A DNA stretch of 55,760 nucleotides, the filler included, from Squatina squatina (lineage: Eukaryota): NCBI GenBank assembly GCA_031763465.1. It is 3 parts of 3 records of this genome, joined end to end, with 100 filler letters (N's around TTAATTAATTAA, not from the genome) between each part and the next. Parts side by side here need not be neighbours in the genome. Positions count along the whole stretch, not along the records: positions 41,645 to 55,760 come from JARFOE010000176.1; 2 more parts are not named here. One strand, given 5' to 3'. The number at the start of each line of letters is the position of its first letter. The first letter of the stretch is position 1. Under the pieces are notes generated by a model, which worked only from the letters and a program-made list of their open reading frames with translations, ran no database searches and was not told the origin of the DNA. Below are positions 49,684 through 55,760 of the stretch, one piece after another. The position numbers were made by a program, and so were the translations under genes.

Positions 49684-50358
49684 AACTTTGTCATTTGCAA
49701 CACACGAGGTTACAAACAGCAGTATCCAATCTTGCTTATTGTGCATGCTTCAGTTATACACATGAAAATGTTTTATACTCCATTTATAATTATATACAAG
49801 ATAATGCACAAAAGTGGCATTGGTCAAATACAGCATTATCTCTATCTCTCCCAACCCCAAACTCCAGGCCACTCATTTGCTACATTGCAGTATACATGTT
49901 TTGTTAATATGATGCTCTGTGAATACTTAACTATTGCAGGAGTCCAAAGTGGAGAAATTTGGTGCTGTAGCAAATTAAGTTGGCCCTTATTAGCAGACTA
50001 TCTGGTAAAGATTTCACCAGATAGGTTTTAATGAAGGTCCATCTGTTTGTGTCATGTCATCCTTCTAGAATACCAATTCAACTCTCTTCCTAATTTTCTT
50101 AGTGGAATCTATGCTGTGGACTCAACCAACTTTTTTTCGCAACCTGCACCAGATATTTATCACACTTCTCCCACCTATGCTAAAATTGTTTTTCACACCA
50201 CTAAATCTGCTGCTCTAGTGTATCTGAAAGTATTATTTCAGGTTTAATTTTTCTCGTCTGTTAAGTATTTTAAATTAGTCTTTCTCTTTAAAGTCCGCTT
50301 TGAGACATGTCTTTAAAGCTGAAGAGACCCACCTCATTTAGTTGTTCCTCATATCTCA

Positions 50359-50567
50359 AGCAGCTGCATTGGGTGGGCCACATCGTCCGCATGCCTGATT
50401 CAAGACTCCCGAAAAAAGCACTTTATTCCGAGCTTCGTCACGGCAAGCGGCTACCAGGAGGGCAGAGGAAGCACTTCAAGGACATCCTCAAAGCCCACCT
50501 GAAAAAATGCAACATCTCCACCGGTCATGGGAATCTCTGGCCCAAGGCCACCCGCACTGGAGGAGAA
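50359..50567 (+). mobile_element. RTE-clade LINE ORF C-terminal fragment
   Basis: QLHWVGHIVRMPDSRLPKKALYSELRHGKRLPGGQRKHFKDILKAHLKKCNI / SWESLAQ...WRR is the RTE C-terminal signature. Confidence 0.9.
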
Positions 50568-52343
50568 NNNNNNNNNNNNNNNNNNNNNNNNNNNNNNNNN
50601 NNNNNNNNNNNNNNNNNNNNNNNNNNNNNNNNNNNNNNNNNNNNNNNNNNNNNNNNNNNNNNNNNNNCAGTCAGTGGAGGAAGACGAGGAAGACAGTGAA
50701 GATGAAGAGAGACCGTCACTTGATATTACACTCGCAGGCACCAGCTCACATACTGACACTGCTTATTTTTGAGGCTAGGATAGAGGAGGGATCTGCATGT
50801 GATGAAACACCGGGCACAAGTGTGCAGGAGCTAAGGCGAGGGGAAAGGATAACGCAGGTTGGCAGCTTGCCGGAGAGCGAGATGCTGCTTATATCTTCAG
50901 CCACAGCCTAGAAGGAGCCAGGCACAAAAGTTAAGAGCAAACTTTTTCCCCAACTATTAAAGCTGTATTAAAAAAATGCAACGTTTGCAGCTTCAACTGA
51001 TTGTGTGGCCATCAGGTCTGTTGGTGCACAAATCCAGAATTGTAGGAAGTACAAATTATAAAGCAAAAAGAGTACTGGCAGCTAGATTCATATAAAAGCA
51101 CAAATTTAAAATTAGCCGGGTTTTTTTTTTGATACAACGATATCAAACCATAATCTCAAGTAAGCAAACATTCAGACTTAAATTCTTCATCTGCCCACCC
51201 ACCAGTTTACAATTTCTACTTCAACCCAGTCACCAGAAGGGCCGGGAAGCTCTTTGGCAGAAAACAGCTTCCAACTCAGTCCAGCGAGTTTCCACAGCGA
51301 GGCATTGTGGGAATAAGCGCAGCGAGTTCTGTTCTGCTGCCCTGGCCAACAGCACGCAACAGGAAGCTGATCAGTCTGGCTTCAATCATGTCTGAACTCT
51401 CCGCTACATTATCATAGACCTCACATTTCCCAACAATATTGTTTTTAGAAAATCTAATTACTCTTGAAAGCAAGTTTGACTTGGCTGGAAGCGAAATTGA
51501 ATTGTAAAGCATTTGCTGAGCTGCCAGAAAATTTAAAGAGAGCAAAAAAAAAAGCAAACCTCAGGTTTTTTACTCCACAGGCAGTGTTATGCAAGGTTTC
51601 TACCATACGCTGGCTGAGTGACTGTTCGGTTTGGTTTTATACATAATGATATTGCAGAGAGCGCAGAGGGATTAGGGACTGAACACACATCAAAGAACTT
51701 CAGACTCCCAACAGTTCAAATGGCAGCAAGCATTCCCGTATTAAATTCTGCAGTCTTCACGTCAGCAAGTGCCCAGCTGGAATATAAATTGTCTTTGGGG
51801 ATTNNNNNNNNNNNNNNNNNNNNNNNNNNNNNNNNNNNNNNNNNNNNNNNNNNNNNNNNNNNNNNNNNNNNNNNNNNNNNNNNNNNNNNNNNNNNNNNNN
51901 NNNACTAGTGCTCACAGTACAAATCTGGAGTTTGCTTTAGATTAAATTGGGGGGGAAAAAAATTTAAAAACACGACCATAATTAAGTATCGAGAATAACT
52001 GATCAACAAGATTAAAACAAGCATATTTACAGCACCCAAAGATGGGAAAGCTTCAATTTTATTGCTAACATTTAATGCCACATCTTGCTCCATTTTTGTT
52101 TTCCCTTCCTTTAGTTCGAGATGCATAATCAACCCAAAATAAACAGGATTTGGGATAAATGTATTCCTGATGTAATTGAATGGACAATTCACATCCAATC
52201 CCTATAGCATGACTATCCAGGCCAGAGCACAATCCTGATATATTGCATTTCTTATGTATATAAAAAAGTAAATTGGTTATCTTCTCAGGAGGGGGAGGGA
52301 GGGATAAAGGGAGGAGAGAATAAAAAAATAAAACTGTACTCAC

Positions 52344-52457
52344 CCCCAGCCATCTTGCACCCTTGTTGGCTGCTTGTTGTATCTGAACTTTCTTCAAGGT
52401 AACATTATAAATAGCTCCTTCCTCTACCTCTTCGCCTAAGTCTTGGATTGTATTGTG
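52344..52457 (-). CDS. RGL1: RGL1 second coding exon (114 bp)
   Basis: ttcttctacag|HNTIQDLGEEVEEGAIYNVTLKKVQIQQAANKGARWLG|gtgagt matches the remembered human SSIQDWGEEVEEGAVYHVTLKRVQIQQAANKGARWLG. Confidence 0.95.
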
Positions 52458-53447
52458 CTGTAGAAGAACCAAACCAAAAATAGAGTCAATCCCTCTGGAG
52501 AAGCTGCTGAAATTTAGCAGCTAGAATGTAAATAACAATGTCATGTCTAATAGTGGACCCCTGCAGGAGGAATTGGGGAAACTTGTCCTACTATGCATAC
52601 CGTTCTTAAAATGTCACTGAATATTCTGCAGCAAAGCTCACGGGAATTCCCAAATACTTTAGGGAAACTTTGCTACATTTGTTAAATTATCAAGGAATGC
52701 AAATTACCCCCATTTCATAGTGTGAACTAAAAACCCATTTCACACAATTGCCATGCCCCATTATGTGTTGATATTTCTGATATGCACAATGCAGAATCTC
52801 TTCACACAGTGAACGGATGTTTAAAAGGCAGTTTCCAGTTTTTGTATCTGTACAACTCTCAGCACATCATTTTTTAAACCAATTAACTGAGATACCACGC
52901 TGTGCAGTTAAGGTTACCCATGCCACATGCATGAATCAATATAGAGTATGCCAGTGTGAGAAAGCGCCCACTCCTCTTCTCACCCATACCCCTAGCATCT
53001 TTCTGAATGTGCTGGGAAAAACCCGAGGACTCAATTGTGATTTAATATTTGTACTGAATGAATGCTAGAAACGGCAGCATTTTATTTCGAGTAAACATGC
53101 TGCAAATCTTTTGCTTCAATTTTCCCTTTGGCCATAATCAAATTAAGCCTAATTGATGTTGGCACAGTAGGAATCAATTAAAAAACAAAACCCACACTTT
53201 ACATAGGATCCCATGAGATCACAAAGGATTTTTATTTGAAGATCAAGCACGAAAAAACTTGGAATATCAATCTCATTTAAGTTATCTGGGCAGCAGAAAG
53301 CCCAATCCAATACTTTTCAGACACCGCACTATACTAAAGGACTACATATTCAGTGATCAGGAAAAAGCTAGCTACAAGAGCTTTGGCTCTGCTTCCCTCA
53401 AACCCACTGCTTAAATGGAACACAAAGGAAAGCATAACTAACTGTAC

Positions 53448-53492
53448 CATTTTAAGCTTCCAAGGTAACCGCATTCGTATCTTCCTCTTCAT
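53448..53492 (-). CDS. RGL1: RGL1 first coding exon (coding part)
   Basis: agcatcATG MKRKIRMRLPWKLKM|gtacag, phase 0 and compatible with the next exon. MRLPWKLKM resembles the remembered human N-terminus MKLLWQAKM. Confidence 0.8.
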
Positions 53493-53859
53493 GATGCTGG
53501 CTCTAGAGATCCGTGAGCACTTTGATCTGAAGTTTTAGCAATCATGTCACACATTCCACTTAGTTACTGCACTGCTTAGCTTTGCAACGTTCTGGCAGAG
53601 AGTTCAGCTACAACTCCTCCCACGGTGTGTGATGCAACGCTTTCCTGTTTGTGTCCCTGAACTTAAACCTTTAGTTCCAATGTCTCTGTCCACTCCTCCC
53701 ACAAAATTCTTAACTTCGCTNNNNNNNNNNNNNNNNNNNNNNNNNNNNNNNNNNNNNNNNNNNNNNNNNNNNNNNNNNNNNNNNNNNNNNNNNNNNNNNN
53801 NNNNNNNNNNNNNNNNNNNNCAATTTTGGTATCACCCGCAACTTTTTACACCATACACT

Positions 53860-54250
53860 CTAGGCCTTTATCCAAATTATTGATAAATATTGAACAGAAG
53901 AGGCTCCAGATCAGGACGCTGTGGGACACCACTACCCACTTCCAGCCGATCTGACAAACTGCCCTTAATTCAGGCTCTGTTTTCTTCCTAAATTTTTAAT
54001 CCAATTTGTCCTTCCACCACCCCAATAGTCGCCAACGTGATGCCTCATCGAAGGCTTACCAGAAGTCCACTACATCATCCACATTGCACCCATCTACTAG
54101 GTCTATTACCTCATGGTTGTCAAGGCAATCATCCCTTTTGAAATCTGTACTGGTTACTTCCAGCTATTTTTCCTTTATCGAGATATGTGGCAATTTCACT
54201 CTCCGATTACCCCACCACAGATGTTAAACTAACTGGCTTCAATTATCCAA
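53860..54250 (-). mobile_element. Ancient CR1 RT remnant
   Basis: Decayed VDDVVDFW*AFDEA and SGVPQ..DLEPLLFNIYQ motifs on the minus strand. Confidence 0.65.
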
Positions 54251-54299
54251 ATGCAATACAAGAAATAATAACTACTACTTCAATTATCCAGCGACGAAA

Positions 54300-54790
54300 C
54301 GTAGAGGGGAGGGGGCGTTTGTAGGGCCAGAGGTTACTACCAAGGTAGCAAGGGGCAAGGCCATGAAGGAGATTTAAATTTTAAATGAGGCTTTGGGGGA
54401 CTGGAAGCTAATCCAAATCAATGTCCGCAGGGATGGATGGGTGAGCGAGAGAGACAGGATCTGGAGAACAGAGTTTTGGATGTGCTGAGTTTTAAAGGGT
54501 GGAGGCCAGCCAGGATAATATTGGAATAATTGTGTCTAGCGATGAATGAGGGTTTCAGCGGCAGACGTGCTGAGGTGGGTGATATTACAGAGGTGGAAGT
54601 AGATAGTCAATGTGATGGAAAGTATATGGAGTCAGAAGCTCCACTCGGGAGTTGATGGGTTTGAGACTGCCAACAGTCTGTTTCAGCTGGGGGCTGGAAT
54701 CAGTGACAATGGTATGAAGTTTGTGACAAGCCTGAAGACACTGTCTACCTAATGTTTAACTGGAGGAAACTGCAGCTCCTCCAAGAGAGT
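54300..54790 (-). mobile_element. Ancient L2-clade LINE remnant (RT C-terminal region)
   Basis: Minus-strand pieces SWRSCSFLQLNI, SF*LHILSITLTIYFHLCNI, SAAETLIH and LDTIIPILSWL correspond to L2 ORF2 motifs. Confidence 0.7.
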
Positions 54791-55741
54791 AAGTGCATTT
54801 AGGCAGGCCAATAGTTACTTCATTGACAGCAACTGGGGGTAACTGATTAACAAATCTTGGAACCCAGAATTTTTTTTAATGCTTGGTGGGGGAAAAGAGA
54901 AAAATCAAATGTGCGTGCATGTGTCTGTGTGGGTATAGGGGTTTGAATTTATGTCCATCCATTCCACACCACTATGCACTCATGCTAAAACAAGCAATGT
55001 CGCAGCATCACCCAGGATTCTCTTCAGGATTAATTTCAAAGTTAATTTTACCCCCCCATCACTTAATGCCCTTAATGGTGATTAAGTACAAGGAGAGAAA
55101 CGCCTTGAACAAGCTTTCACACAAAATTCACTACTGCAGTACAGTACTCTAATAGCTTGTTCAAATGTTCCCATTTATCACAGCAGTGTCACGTTAATTG
55201 GCTCGATTCACTGTCTGCATAGAGGAGCAGAGTGACAGAAATTTCATTAACCTCGTTCTGCTTGTACAGCTCTTAATGGTGCTGCCTCACCTTCTGCATC
55301 CAAACTCAATTATCAATGAGCTGTGTCATAGTTTATGCATAGAAAGTGACTGAATAATACAATGCGTGTGTGTTAATATGCACGATATCCATGGGATGCC
55401 TCTGAAGGAATGCTGGATCTATTCTCACACGGTTGCCATTAAATCGCTGTTATGCATAAATTATGAAGAGACTATGAATAATTAATGTACCCATTCGCTC
55501 TCTTTCCCCACCACCCCTCCACATCAGTCAGAAAAGCAAGAGGTGGTTCTAGCTCCACAAGCCATCTGTGTGTGCATGACAGACAAATCAGCTCAAATTA
55601 TTCTCTCTCTGCTCTCCAGTAAGCAATTGTGCAGAAGATCTATAAATATGGATCTTGGATACAACCAAATACAGACAAAAATAGAACTAGTCAATCCATG
55701 AAGTTCAAAGCAGAATCTGATTGAAATCTTGGTGCTGGCAT

Positions 55742-55760
55742 CCCTCCTCCTCCTCCTCCT
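55742..55760 (+). repeat. (CCT)n simple repeat at window end
   Basis: ccctcctcctcctcctcct. Confidence 0.85.

Noticed and set aside
50668-50930. Acidic ORF (EEDEEDSEDEERPSLDITLAG)
   Set aside because: Short, stop-interrupted, gap-adjacent and antisense within an RGL1 intron. Probably a transposon remnant, and I cannot assign it.
27257-53492. Apparent ADGRA3-RGL1 synteny
   Set aside because: The genes are separated by the artificial spacer at 41545-41644.
1-55760. CRISPR arrays, prokaryotic operons, rRNA or tRNA genes
   Set aside because: None seen. The DNA is intron-containing vertebrate sequence, and the tRNA-like bits are decayed SINE heads.

Overview
This is AT-rich vertebrate genomic DNA from a highly fragmented draft assembly with dozens of nominal 100-N gaps. 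The repeat content (CR1, L2, RTE, Penelope, Deu-domain SINE) points to a cartilaginous fish, probably a shark; this is an inference. Two artificial 100-bp spacers (N44-TTAATTAATTAA-N44 at 27157-27256 and 41545-41644) split the window into three probably unrelated scaffolds. Scaffold 1 (1-27156) is mostly non-coding, with repeat fragments and a few unassigned exon-like pieces. Scaffold 2 (27257-41544) has two minus-strand Ig-domain exons of ADGRA3/GPR125, CR1 and Penelope fragments, and a degraded foamy-virus-like (spumaretroviral) pol fragment covering RNase H and the integrase N-terminus at 36200-36946. That fragment is the most notable element in the window. Scaffold 3 (41645-55760) has six recognisable minus-strand coding exons and the 3' UTR of RGL1, plus an unexplained 372-bp open exon-like cassette in its last intron. 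All protein identifications come from manual translation and remembered sequences, not database searches.
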